NCBI GenBank assembly: GCA_023415845.1
Contig: JAEZJB010000079.1
Coordinates: 1 to 33,469 of the forward strand
Source of the DNA: Chloroflexota bacterium
Lineage (GTDB): Bacteria; Chloroflexota; Chloroflexia; Thermomicrobiales; UBA6265
DNA: 33,469 nucleotides
Reading direction: 5' to 3'
The translations under genes and the position numbers were made by a program. The notes below the pieces were generated by a model that saw nothing but the letters and a program-made list of their open reading frames with translations, made no database searches and was not told the DNA's origin. How positions within the stretch are numbered: the first letter of the stretch is position 1; each line of letters begins with the position of its first letter. Below, one piece after another: positions 1 through 8,890 of this stretch.

Positions 1-2
1 CC

Positions 3-1133
3 CTCGCCTGGATGCTCATCCAGATCAAATCGATCATCTTCATCCTGATTTTCGGTATCGTTTTCGCCGCCGCCATCGAACCGATCGTGTATCGGCTGCG
101 TCGGGCCGGACTTCGGCGCGGTCAGGCAATCATGGTCGTTTACGCCTTACTGGCGGCTGTTGTGGCCGGTGGTCTGTACCTGCTGGTTCCGGAAATCGTC
201 AAGCAGTTCACATCGCTCGACGCCGCGGTGCCCGACATGATGGCCAATCTCCGGCAGCAGGCGATGGAGAGCGAGAACGAGTTCATCCGGCGCACCGGTT
301 ACGACCTTCTCTGGCGAATCCAGAGCGCCTACACCCGACTCCGGAACTCCCCGCAGATCGGTCAGAATCAGGCGGTGGGCCTCGCGACATCGGTCTTTGG
401 GGTTGTTCTGACCACGGTCTCGTTGCTGATCGTCGCCTTCTACTGGATGACCGAGAAGGCGACGATCAAGCGCGTGAGCCTCGGCCTCTTCCCTCTCCGC
501 CACCGGGCTCGTGCTCACCAGATCTGGGATGAGATCGAGTTCCGTATCGGTGGGTGGACACGGGGCCAACTCGTGCTGATGACGCTCATTGGCGTGCTGT
601 CTGGTGTCGCCTATTGGGCCATGGATTTACGCTTCTGGGCTGCCCTGGCGATCTGGGCTGGCATCACTGAAGCGATTCCGTTCATCGGGCCATGGATCGG
701 CGGAGGCACCGCCGCGCTCTTCGCTCTGTCGGACTCGCCCGAGAAAGCGCTCTGGGTCGTCATCTTCGTGGTCATCCTCCAGCAGTTCGAAGGCGCGGTC
801 TTCGTACCTCGCGTGATGAAGAATGCCGTCGGCATGAGCCCGCTGACCGTCGTGCTCGCCGTGCTGGTCGGAAATGCGCTGGCCGGACCAATCGGATCGG
901 TGCTGGCCATTCCGATCGGCGCCGCAGTCCAGGTCCTGGTTACCAACTTGCTGCGCGGCAGGGACGACCGCCTCACGACCGAACTTTCGACCATGGACAT
1001 TGCCCCGCTCTCGGCCGACCAGTTCAGTTCACCATTTACCCAGCCAACAAGCTCGATTGAGCGACTGCGTCGCGGCGTGGCCAATGCCGGGCTATCGGCC
1101 ATGCCCGGAGACCGGAGCTCGACAACCCGATGA
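3..1133 (+). CDS. AI-2E family transporter (PerM/UPF0118-like permease), probably 5'-truncated by the window edge
   Basis: Multi-TM hydrophobic protein with the layout typical of AI-2E/PerM permeases (FYWMTEK..., GQLVLMTLIGVLSGVAYW, ITEAIPFIGPWIGG, VFVPRVMKNAVGMSPLTVVLAVLVG). The reading frame stays open upstream of the listed Met at 12 as far as the window edge. Confidence 0.8.
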   Translation, partial: LAWMLIQIKSIIFILIFGIVFAAAIEPIVYRLRRAGLRRGQAIMVVYALLAAVVAGGLYLLVPEIVKQFTSLDAAVPDMMANLRQQAMESENEFIRRTGYDLLWRIQSAYTRLRNSPQIGQNQAVGLATSVFGVVLTTVSLLIVAFYWMTEKATIKRVSLGLFPLRHRARAHQIWDEIEFRIGGWTRGQLVLMTLIGVLSGVAYWAMDLRFWAALAIWAGITEAIPFIGPWIGGGTAALFALSDSPEKALWVVIFVVILQQFEGAVFVPRVMKNAVGMSPLTVVLAVLVGNALAGPIGSVLAIPIGAAVQVLVTNLLRGRDDRLTTELSTMDIAPLSADQFSSPFTQPTSSIERLRRGVANAGLSAMPGDRSSTTR

Positions 1134-2221
1134 ATCGCACGCTTCAACGTCAGGAAATGGAAACGGTCACCTCGACCACGGATGTCACACTCCGGACGAT
1201 CATTTCTCTGTTCGACGACACCATCGATGCCGAGCACGCGCTAACCACGCTCAGAAAGAGCGACCAGCCATCCGAGGGCATTTCCGTCATCCTTCGCGAA
1301 CGCGTGCTCGACCCCGATCCCAACGTCCGCTATGAAACCGTCCTTTCGCGCGTTGTCGCCTCATCTGCCCTGGAGGCGGTCAGTGGCTGGCTGCAGGGCC
1401 TCGCCTCACTTATCCTGCCGGACCGGGCAAGCTACCTGGTGGCTGGTCCGATTGGGGCGGTGCTGGCAACGATCCGCGACGCCGGGCCAGAAGACGGTCT
1501 TGACATTCCCCATTCCAGCAGGCAGTTGGCGAGGGCATTGGCGGCCTTCGGTTTCGATCAGGACGAGGCCCATTACCTCGAAGCCCGGGTCGTGGCCGGG
1601 TCACCGATGATCGCCGTCACGTCGGGTGACGCACCCACACTTCGCGACGCGCACAAGATCTTCTCCAAGTTCGACGCCGTGCACGTCGAACTCGCCCGCA
1701 CCGACACGACGATCCACCGCACGGCGACGCGCCTGCTGGCCACCGGGCCGGATGGTGGTGGCTCGGTCGTCATCGCCGATGCCATTGCCCCGCTCCGTCG
1801 CCTGACCGGCGAGGAAGGATGGAACAATCACTCGATCGACCTGCGTGGACGGAACGTCGTCGCCAGCAATGGCGAGGAACTCGGCGTCATCTCGGATGTC
1901 CTCTTTGAATTCCATCCGGAGACCGAAGTAGGCCCGCGCTCAATGTCTGCCGCCGACCGCTCAGCGGTGACGATTCGCTACCTGCAGATCGACTTTGGCG
2001 GATTTCTCGGAATTGGGCGCCGCCAGGTCGCTGTACCGGCTGAACTCGCAGACACACATGGCTGGACGGTGAAAGTGGACTTCACCCGCGAAGAACTTCG
2101 CCATGCCCCTCGATTCGATCCACTGTCACCCATGAGCCGGCAGGATGAAGTGAATATCCGTTCCCACTTTGGTGTGCCACATTACTGGATCACCAACAAT
2201 CCGGAACCACCCGCCAACTAG
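1130..2221 (+). CDS. PRC-barrel domain protein with N-terminal general-stress (YflT/17M-like) modules
   Basis: The start overlaps the upstream stop (ATGA at 1130-1133). It carries N-terminal and central stress-protein-like segments (FGFDQDEAHYLEARVVAGSPMIAVTS). The C-terminal region has a PRC-barrel-like pattern (LRGRNVVASNGEELGVISDVLFE ... RYLQIDFGGFLGIGRRQVAVP). Confidence 0.6.
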   Translation: MNRTLQRQEMETVTSTTDVTLRTIISLFDDTIDAEHALTTLRKSDQPSEGISVILRERVLDPDPNVRYETVLSRVVASSALEAVSGWLQGLASLILPDRASYLVAGPIGAVLATIRDAGPEDGLDIPHSSRQLARALAAFGFDQDEAHYLEARVVAGSPMIAVTSGDAPTLRDAHKIFSKFDAVHVELARTDTTIHRTATRLLATGPDGGGSVVIADAIAPLRRLTGEEGWNNHSIDLRGRNVVASNGEELGVISDVLFEFHPETEVGPRSMSAADRSAVTIRYLQIDFGGFLGIGRRQVAVPAELADTHGWTVKVDFTREELRHAPRFDPLSPMSRQDEVNIRSHFGVPHYWITNNPEPPAN

Positions 2222-2245
2222 CGATCGTGCTGCTCACAGGAATGA

Positions 2246-2277
2246 AGCAGGGGACCGGAATGATCCAGTCCCCTGCT
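2246..2277. terminator. Stem-loop between convergent genes (possible bidirectional terminator)
   Basis: Perfect 10-bp stem AGCAGGGGAC (2246-2255) / GTCCCCTGCT (2268-2277) with a 12-nt loop. It lies between the + gene ending at 2221 and the - gene ending at 2297. There is no strong T-run. Confidence 0.5.
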
Positions 2278-2296
2278 CAATGTTCAAATGATGCGC

Positions 2297-2758
2297 CTAT
2301 GCTGAGGGCGTGTCATCGGTCTTTCGCATCACGCTGAGGATGCGTTGCCAGGGCGGTGCTCCCTGCTCGGCGAAGATGACCTTGCCATCCTTGCCAACGA
2401 TCACCACCGACCGCTGGATGCCCTCACCATCCGGGCGCAACGCACCGTAGGCACGCGCCACCCCGGCGCCCTCGTCCACCAGCAGGTCAAAGTTGAGAGC
2501 ATGCTCACGCCGAAAGGCCTTGTGGCTTTCCGCCGGATCGGGGTTGACGCCGATCGGTTCGATGCCCGCGCCACGCAGGTGCTCGATGTTCTTGCGGATC
2601 TGAATCAGTTGATCGGTACACCCCGGAGTGAAATCCTTGGGGTAGAAGACCAGCATCGCCCGCACAAATCCACGCAAGTCAGCCAGGTGGAATTCCTGGC
2701 CGTCATCGTTCAGGAGCCGAAAGTCGGGCGCCTCGACTCCCACGTCGATCAACGTCAT
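2297..2758 (-). CDS. bcp: Thiol peroxidase / peroxiredoxin, Bcp (AhpC/TSA) family
   Basis: APDFRL...FYPKDFTPGCT peroxidatic-Cys motif, ~153 aa, thioredoxin-fold peroxiredoxin layout. Confidence 0.85.
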   Translation of the reverse strand: MTLIDVGVEAPDFRLLNDDGQEFHLADLRGFVRAMLVFYPKDFTPGCTDQLIQIRKNIEHLRGAGIEPIGVNPDPAESHKAFRREHALNFDLLVDEGAGVARAYGALRPDGEGIQRSVVIVGKDGKVIFAEQGAPPWQRILSVMRKTDDTPSA

Positions 2759-2769
2759 CGTGTCCTCCG

Positions 2770-4020
2770 CTATGGCACCGCCAGCATGCGATCGAGTGCC
2801 ACCCGCGCCTGGTCGGCCTCGTCGGGGTCGACCGTGATCTGGTTGACGATCCGTCCCTCGACAAGATGCTCCAGGGCCCAGAGCATGTATGCAGGATGAA
2901 TCCTGTACATGGTGGAACAGGGACAGATCACCGGATCAAGGCAGAAGATGGTCTTGTCGGGCATCTGGCTCTGCAACCGGCGCACGAGATTGATCTCGGT
3001 GCCAATTGCCCAGGTCGTTCCTGGCTCGGCTGCCCGCACGACATCAATTATGTACTCCGTGGACCCATCCATGTCGGAAGCCTGCACCACAGGCAGCGGA
3101 CACTCCGGGTGCACGATCACCTTCACGTCCGGATGGTCGTGCCGTGCCTGCTCGATCTGGGCGACCGAGAACCGGGCATGGACCGAGCAATACCCCTTCC
3201 ACAGGAAGACCGTCGCCTGACGCAACTGCTCTTCCGTGTTGCCACCCAACGGCAGGAACGGATCCCAGACCACCATCCGCTCCTGCGGGATGTTCTTGCG
3301 CACGGCGGTATTTCGGCCAAGGTGCTCGTCCGGAAAGAAGAAGATCCGCTCACCTCGCTCGAGTGCCCAATCATAGACACGCGTCGCGTTCGATGATGTG
3401 CAGACGATGCCGCCATTGCGGCCGCAGAATGCTTTCAACGACGCTGCCGAGTTCATGTAGGTGATCGGAACGATGCCATCAATACCCAATTGCGTGAGCA
3501 TATTCCAGGCCGCTTCGACATCTTCCGGCTTGGCCATGTCGGCCATCGAACAGCCCGCCTCGAGGTTGGGCAGGATCACCTTCTGGTTAGGCTGGCCCAG
3601 AATGACAGCGCTCTCCGCCATGAAATGCACGCCGCAGAACATGGTGAATTCGGCTTCGGTCTGCGTCGCCGCCATTTGCGAGAGCTTGTAGGAGTCGCCC
3701 TGGAAGTCGGCGAACTGGACGACTTCGTCTCGCTGGTAATGGTGCCCGAGGATGGTGAGCCTAGAACCAAGCTGATTCCGAAGCTCCCAGATACGCGCGT
3801 CACGCTCTCCGGCATCCATCTTGAAGTAGGCGCGATCGATTCGTTCCTGCCGAAGCGGACCAACGCCATATGCCCGGAGTTGCTCGTAGGCACCGGTACC
3901 TTCTTCCGGCACGCACGACGCTGGTTCCAGTTGCGGACTTTCGAGCCAGACGACAGGCTTCTCGGACGCATGCGCGGTCGTGGTCGTCGGCCAAAGGGTC
4001 TTCAGGTCAGTGGCCACCAT
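2770..4020 (-). CDS. nadA: Quinolinate synthase NadA
   Basis: NadA hallmark segments are present: FCGVHFMAESA, LEAGCSMADMA, ITYMNSAASLKAFCG, VCTSSNA, VIVHPECP, ICPCSTMYRI (Fe-S cysteines). Confidence 0.9.
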   Translation of the reverse strand: MVATDLKTLWPTTTTAHASEKPVVWLESPQLEPASCVPEEGTGAYEQLRAYGVGPLRQERIDRAYFKMDAGERDARIWELRNQLGSRLTILGHHYQRDEVVQFADFQGDSYKLSQMAATQTEAEFTMFCGVHFMAESAVILGQPNQKVILPNLEAGCSMADMAKPEDVEAAWNMLTQLGIDGIVPITYMNSAASLKAFCGRNGGIVCTSSNATRVYDWALERGERIFFFPDEHLGRNTAVRKNIPQERMVVWDPFLPLGGNTEEQLRQATVFLWKGYCSVHARFSVAQIEQARHDHPDVKVIVHPECPLPVVQASDMDGSTEYIIDVVRAAEPGTTWAIGTEINLVRRLQSQMPDKTIFCLDPVICPCSTMYRIHPAYMLWALEHLVEGRIVNQITVDPDEADQARVALDRMLAVP

Positions 4021-4088
4021 TGTGGTGTGCCCTCCTCGCGCTGGATGCGCTGGACGGAATGAGCCCGGGCGGGCTCCGAATTCGCGCT

Positions 4089-4118
4089 ATCATATGGACG
4101 GTCCGGAGTAATTGTCAA
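4089..4118 (-). promoter_or_regulatory. Putative sigma-70-type promoter of nadA
   Basis: On the minus strand: TTGACA (4118-4113), an 18-nt spacer, then TATGAT (4094-4089), about 70 nt upstream of the nadA start at 4020. The -35 hexamer lies inside repeat copy 1 (see next feature). Confidence 0.45.
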
Positions 4119-4187
4119 CATGACACTAAGTCCCGTCCAACCCGGATTCTCTTCTAACGAATGGTAATTGTCAATATGACACTAAGT
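4108..4187. promoter_or_regulatory. Two direct copies of a 24-bp element, each containing the palindrome TGTCA-N3-TGACA (candidate repressor operator)
   Basis: GTAATTGTCAACATGACACTAAGT (4108-4131) and GTAATTGTCAATATGACACTAAGT (4164-4187) match at 23/24 positions and start 56 bp apart. They lie in the divergent nadA / LLM-oxidoreductase intergenic region. Confidence 0.45.
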
Positions 4188-4250
4188 ACCTCTTGTTGGC
4201 CTCAACTCCAGCTTGTAGCGCCAATCAGGGGGTGAACTGGGAGCATCGGC

Positions 4251-5171
4251 GTGAAGATTGGCCTGCAGTTACCGGAAGTCGAATATGTAGCGCGTTGGGC
4301 GGACTACCTCGATATGGCTCGCCTGGCGGAAAGTGCAGGATTCGACTCGCTCTGGGTGGGTGATCACCTTCAGTATCACGACGACGACCACGGCACTCGC
4401 GGACCGTGGGAGTGCTTCACACTCCTGACCGCCCTTGCCACCGCAACATCTCGTGTCGAGCTCGGTCCCCTCGTGGCGTCCACCTCGTTCCGCAATCCAG
4501 CCCTGACCGCCAAGATCGCCGAGACGATCGACGAAATCAGTGGCGGGAGGTTTGTGCTCGGGCTCGGTGCCGGCTGGAACCAGACCGAGTACCGGGCCTT
4601 CGGCTACCCCTTCGACCATCGCATCTCCCGCTTCGAGGAAGCCTTCACCATCATTCGCACCCTGATCCGGACTGGAGAGGTCTCGTTTTCCGGACGGTGG
4701 TACCAGGCTGAAGACGCTGTCCTCACTCCTCGCGGACCACGCGCTGGCTCACTGCCAATCCTGATTGGCTCCACTGGCGAGCGGATGCTGAAGATCACGC
4801 TCCCCTATGCCGATCAGTGGAATATCTGGTACGCCGACTTCGGCAACACACCCGACGGCCTTCGCCCCTTTCTCGAGCGGGTGGACCTGATTGCCACCGA
4901 GGTCGGTCGCCAGCCACAGGAGATCGTTCGAACTGCCGCAGTGCTCGTCCAGGCGCCCGGTGGAGGCGGTCGCGCATCGGGAGCCGGCAGTGAACGCAGC
5001 ATTCAGCCGGTCATGGGTTCCGTCGCCGAGGTCGCAGAACAGCTCGGAGCCTTTGGTCGGGCCGGCATCGATCACCTGCAAATCGTGCTCGATCCGATCA
5101 CCCCGGCGGCTATCTCCTGGCTGGCGCCAGCGTTGGAAGGAGCAAGACGGGCAGCCGCTAACGGCAATTAG
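4251..5171 (+). CDS. LLM-class (luciferase-like) flavin/F420-dependent oxidoreductase
   Basis: GTG start. FDSLWVGDHL, GGRFVLGLGAGWNQTEYRAFGYPFDHRISRFEEAF and related segments are typical of luciferase-like monooxygenase family proteins. Confidence 0.8.
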   Translation: MKIGLQLPEVEYVARWADYLDMARLAESAGFDSLWVGDHLQYHDDDHGTRGPWECFTLLTALATATSRVELGPLVASTSFRNPALTAKIAETIDEISGGRFVLGLGAGWNQTEYRAFGYPFDHRISRFEEAFTIIRTLIRTGEVSFSGRWYQAEDAVLTPRGPRAGSLPILIGSTGERMLKITLPYADQWNIWYADFGNTPDGLRPFLERVDLIATEVGRQPQEIVRTAAVLVQAPGGGGRASGAGSERSIQPVMGSVAEVAEQLGAFGRAGIDHLQIVLDPITPAAISWLAPALEGARRAAANGN

Positions 5172-5232
5172 TGCCGACTCCATCGCTCGGGAACCGCGAC
5201 AATCCCTGCGGCGTCTTCCTATACTTGCCCCC

Positions 5233-6033
5233 ATGAATGCTCCTCAGTCTCGAGTTCCCTCCTCCAATGACACGTCCGGTTCCCTGCCGGTGAGTGACCA
5301 GACTCCGATCACTCATCGGCAACATCTCGTGTTTGATGCGGATGACACGCTTTGGGAAAACAACATCTACTTCGAGGAGGCGTTCGATCGATTCGTCACC
5401 TTTCTCGATCATGAACACCTCACGTCAACCGAAATTCAGGCTCTTCTGGATGAGGCCGAGCTCGATACGCGCACGACGCACGGATACGGTGCCCGCGCAT
5501 TCGCCCACAGTCTCCGGAAGACGTTCATCCGCATCACGGGCCTCCGCGACGATCATCCCCACGTTGACGAGGCCGAGCGCCTCGGTCTCGCAGTCCTCGA
5601 TGCGCCGTTCGCTTTGATGAAAGGCGTGGTCGAAACACTCCGCGCTCTGCGGCCGCATCACGACCTGCTGATGCTGACGAAGGGACCGGAGGCCGAACAG
5701 CAGGCGAAGATCGATCGGTCGGGAATCGCCGAACTCTTCGACGAAACCATCATCACGCCCGAAAAAACGGCGGACACCTTCATCGAACTCCTCACCACCC
5801 GCCGACTCTCCGTGGCCGACGCCTGGATGATCGGCAACTCACCTCGCTCCGATATCAATCCTGCCCTCACCGCCGGCATGAACGCGATTTTCGTGCCACA
5901 TCCCCGCACCTGGCATCTTGAGGTCGAAGAGTTCCACGCTGTCCCGCACCCAGGTCGGCTCTTCCTTGAACTCCCGTCATTCGCCGCCCTCGCAACGACG
6001 TTCGCCGGGCCTTCTCCGAAATCTCCGGACTAA
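5233..6033 (+). CDS. HAD-superfamily hydrolase
   Basis: I chose the internal ATG at 5233 because the listed ORF start at 4891 overlaps the LLM gene. HAD motif I is LVFDADDTLWEN, followed by LLMLTKG and a late GNSPRSDI motif. Confidence 0.8.
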   Translation: MNAPQSRVPSSNDTSGSLPVSDQTPITHRQHLVFDADDTLWENNIYFEEAFDRFVTFLDHEHLTSTEIQALLDEAELDTRTTHGYGARAFAHSLRKTFIRITGLRDDHPHVDEAERLGLAVLDAPFALMKGVVETLRALRPHHDLLMLTKGPEAEQQAKIDRSGIAELFDETIITPEKTADTFIELLTTRRLSVADAWMIGNSPRSDINPALTAGMNAIFVPHPRTWHLEVEEFHAVPHPGRLFLELPSFAALATTFAGPSPKSPD

Positions 6034-6214
6034 GGCACACAATTTGGCTCGATTCCATTATGTTCTCTCTTTGCATTGATAATATCGTACGCACATTAAT
6101 ATCAATTCGATCTTTAGGCCAATAGATATTCTTTTCTACGTTCGACAACCGTCCGTTCACCCACTACCCTTATGTCCGTACGGTGATTCCTGTGAAATGG
6201 TTGTGAGGGTGTGA

Positions 6215-7684
6215 ATGTTGCGTCGGGTGGGTCTCGTCGTTCTGTCGCTGTTCCTGTTGGGGCCATCGCTGCTGGTTTGGTCCGGAGACCTGCATCCTGC
6301 CAACGTGCATGCCCAGCAAGCGACCACGGCCACGACGACCGATCGACTCAATCTGCGTTCTGGCCCCGCCCTCTCCTATTCGGTAAGTGCAGTGATTCCC
6401 CTTGGTGCCACCGTGACTCTCGGCGGCCAGGAGAATAACGGCTTTCGCAGTGTCACCTGGAACGGGCAGACAGGCTGGGCATTTTCGACGTATCTCTCGC
6501 TGAACCAACCGGCCCCCAGTCCGAATATCACGGCGACGACCACCGATCGACTCAACCTCCGCGCCGGGCCAGGCACGTCCCACGGAGTAATCACCGTGCT
6601 CGAGCGCGGTGCCATCGTGACGCTCACGGGCCAGAGCTCCAACGGGTTCCGGAGCGTGACGTTCGGGTCGTTCAGCGGATGGGTTTCGTCCGACTACCTC
6701 AATCTCTCCTCGACGCCTCCGCCGCCAGTCACCCCACCCACGCCTCTTGCGATCACGACCGACAATGTGAACCTCCGGTCAGGTCCAGGCCTCATCTTCA
6801 GCGTCATCCGCGTCGTGCCTGTCCGCACCGAAGTCACGTTGACGGGTGAAACCAGCAACGGGTTTCACGCTGTTTCCGTCTCGGGAGTCGCCGGCTGGAT
6901 CTCCTCTGAGTATCTGACCCAGGAGGGCACCGAGCCACAGCCGACCGGTTCCGCCACGACCACCGATCGGCTCAACCTGCGATCGGCTCCCAACACCACG
7001 GCCTCGGTCCTGGCCGTCATCCCGAGCGGCGCGAGGATTTCCCTCACCGGCCAGGCAACCAACGGCTTCCGCTCTGCTACCTACGGCAACCTGACCGGCT
7101 GGGCATTCGAGTCCTACCTCAGCATTGGCTCCACCACGCCGCCCGCTCCCGCTGCGCCTTTCACGGTCACCAATACCCTCATTGGCCCTGCTCGGGGCTC
7201 GGCAAACCAGGTGCTCGCGTTGGCCCGCACGATGGGTGCCCAGCGGATGGACCAGGTGACGCTGTACGTCACCGAGATATACCGCCGCGCTCCCGAAGTC
7301 GGCTTCGACCCTGCATTACTGATTGCGCAGTCCGCCCTGGAGACCGATTTCTGGCGTAGCTACTGGTGGATCAATCGCCTCAATCCGGCTGGTATCGGTG
7401 TGACCGGAGATCCCGGCCAGAATGCCGCCAGTCCCACCTTCACCTCCGGCACGATTGCGGCACGCGCCCAGATCGCGCACATGCACGCCGAGGTCTACGG
7501 AAATCGGCAGCCGTTGCCCCTTGTGTTCCAGGGCGTTGACCCAACCTATCAGCGTGTCTTCGCGGCAGGCTGGGCTGGCACCATCGTGACGCTTGAGGAT
7601 CTCGCCGGAACCTGGGCGACAGATCCGCTTTACGCTGTCAAGATCGTCAGTCGGGCGCGGGTGGTCTTCCCCGATATTTCCTGA
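6215..7684 (+). CDS. Secreted cell-wall hydrolase: signal peptide, four SH3b domains, C-terminal glucosaminidase-like (LytD/FlgJ-type) domain
   Basis: N-terminal hydrophobic signal (LVVLSLFLLGPSLLVW). There are four ~70-aa modules, each starting (T)TTDRLNLR(S/A)GP (the third diverged to ITTDNVNLRSGP) and ending GW(A/V/I)(F/S)S.YL. The C-terminus LIAQSALETDFWRSYWWINRLNPAGIG resembles the AQ.ALESGWG core of glucosaminidase domains. Confidence 0.8.
   Translation: MLRRVGLVVLSLFLLGPSLLVWSGDLHPANVHAQQATTATTTDRLNLRSGPALSYSVSAVIPLGATVTLGGQENNGFRSVTWNGQTGWAFSTYLSLNQPAPSPNITATTTDRLNLRAGPGTSHGVITVLERGAIVTLTGQSSNGFRSVTFGSFSGWVSSDYLNLSSTPPPPVTPPTPLAITTDNVNLRSGPGLIFSVIRVVPVRTEVTLTGETSNGFHAVSVSGVAGWISSEYLTQEGTEPQPTGSATTTDRLNLRSAPNTTASVLAVIPSGARISLTGQATNGFRSATYGNLTGWAFESYLSIGSTTPPAPAAPFTVTNTLIGPARGSANQVLALARTMGAQRMDQVTLYVTEIYRRAPEVGFDPALLIAQSALETDFWRSYWWINRLNPAGIGVTGDPGQNAASPTFTSGTIAARAQIAHMHAEVYGNRQPLPLVFQGVDPTYQRVFAAGWAGTIVTLEDLAGTWATDPLYAVKIVSRARVVFPDIS
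6320..7126 (+). repeat. Four tandem SH3b-encoding modules (period ~204-216 nt) inside the hydrolase gene
   Basis: The DNA/protein motif ACGACCACCGATCG(A/G)CTCAAC(C/T)T / TTTDRLNLR recurs at about residues 39, 108 and 248, and a diverged third module (ITTDNVNLR, GCGATCACGACCGACAATGTGAACCTC) sits at about residue 180. Confidence 0.8.
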
Positions 7685-7717
7685 CGTTCGGGTAATGTTC
7701 CTGCTACCAAACCCGGG

Positions 7718-8890
7718 TCAGGCGGCGGGCGTGCGCAGGCGATCGCGGCTGGTGCTTGCCGCTGGCGCAGCTACTGGCAGGCGCACTTCGATCGCCGTGC
7801 CCTCACCAGGTACCGACTCGGCGCGCAGGTCGCCATTCAGCAACCGAACGAGACTCTGGACGATACTCAGACCCAGGCCCGCGCCGCCCTTCGCGCCAAT
7901 ATCCTCGCCCTGGTAATACCGATCGAAGACGCGAGCCAGTGTCTCGGGTGTCATCCCTTCGCCGGTGTCACGCACGGTCATCGACAACCATGGGGAATCG
8001 GCCGGACTCGATACTTCGACCATCACCAGTCCTCCGGCCGGGGTATGCCGAATCGCGTTGTGAATCAGGTTGCCTGCGATCTGGGAGATCCGCGTCGCAT
8101 CGCCCATCGCAAGGGTGTTTCCCGGCAGTACATTTGCGTGCACGCTGACCTTGCCGGTCTGCAGGGCATAGGGTCTCACCCGTTCGACTGCCTCGGTCAC
8201 GATCTGGGCGACGTCGACCGGCACCATGGTGACCGGCAGGACGCCCTCTTCGATGCGCGACGACGTGAACAGGTCCTCGATCAGGCGGGACAGGGTCACA
8301 AGTTCCTGGTCAATCGCCGCAAATGACTCTGCCGGTGGCAGACTCGCACCAGGACTGGCGTCCAGCTGCATATCCAGATGTCCGCGGATGACGGCAATCG
8401 GAGTCCGGAGATCGTGCGAGATATTGGCGACGAAGGCCTTGCGTTGGCGATCGGCCTTGTCCAGCGACGATGTCAGCGCGTTGAAGGTCGATGCAAACTC
8501 ACCCAGCTCGTCGTCAGTAATCGTCCGCACCTGGGTGGTGTAATCGCCACCGGTTACCGCCCCCACTCCGCGTCGAAGCTCTTCGATCTGCCGCAGGATC
8601 GGGCCCGAGACAACCCGGCTCGTAATCCTCGCCACCACCACGCCGCAGAGCGTGATCAGTCCGATCTGAACCAGCACGAACACGGTGATCCCGGCAAACT
8701 GCGGGACCAGCAACGGCAGGTCTGCGATCCGGTACCCAGCCCAAACCACAAGCAGGAATACGAGGAGGAAGAAACCGCCAACCGCGTAGACGAAGGTACT
8801 GGCAACCACGGCGACCAGATGCGAGGTGACGAGCCGCCTGCGGATCGACGCCCCCAGGAAGCGCGAGGGAGGCCGCTGGGCAGTGTTCAC
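7718..8890 (-). CDS. Two-component sensor histidine kinase (2 TM, HAMP, HisKA, HATPase_c)
   Basis: GTG start. H-box FVANISHDLRTPIAVIRG, N-box LIHNAIRHTP, G-boxes RDTGEGM and GAGLGLSIV. Its start overlaps the upstream regulator by 4 bp (GTGA). Confidence 0.9.
   Translation of the reverse strand: MNTAQRPPSRFLGASIRRRLVTSHLVAVVASTFVYAVGGFFLLVFLLVVWAGYRIADLPLLVPQFAGITVFVLVQIGLITLCGVVVARITSRVVSGPILRQIEELRRGVGAVTGGDYTTQVRTITDDELGEFASTFNALTSSLDKADRQRKAFVANISHDLRTPIAVIRGHLDMQLDASPGASLPPAESFAAIDQELVTLSRLIEDLFTSSRIEEGVLPVTMVPVDVAQIVTEAVERVRPYALQTGKVSVHANVLPGNTLAMGDATRISQIAGNLIHNAIRHTPAGGLVMVEVSSPADSPWLSMTVRDTGEGMTPETLARVFDRYYQGEDIGAKGGAGLGLSIVQSLVRLLNGDLRAESVPGEGTAIEVRLPVAAPAASTSRDRLRTPAA

Noticed and set aside
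4891-5232. 5' extension of the HAD hydrolase ORF (listed start 4891)
   Set aside because: The extension overlaps the last ~280 nt of the LLM oxidoreductase gene in another frame and translates to Arg/Ser/Pro-rich sequence with no motif. The ATG at 5233 precedes the HAD motif I (DADDT) by 26 residues.
6034-6214. Possible c-di-AMP (ydaO-type) riboswitch upstream of the cell-wall hydrolase
   Set aside because: These riboswitches often precede autolysin and rpf genes. I could not find the characteristic paired ACGGGGA/CCCA-type conserved cores or the pseudo-twofold architecture, so I report only an AT-rich leader.
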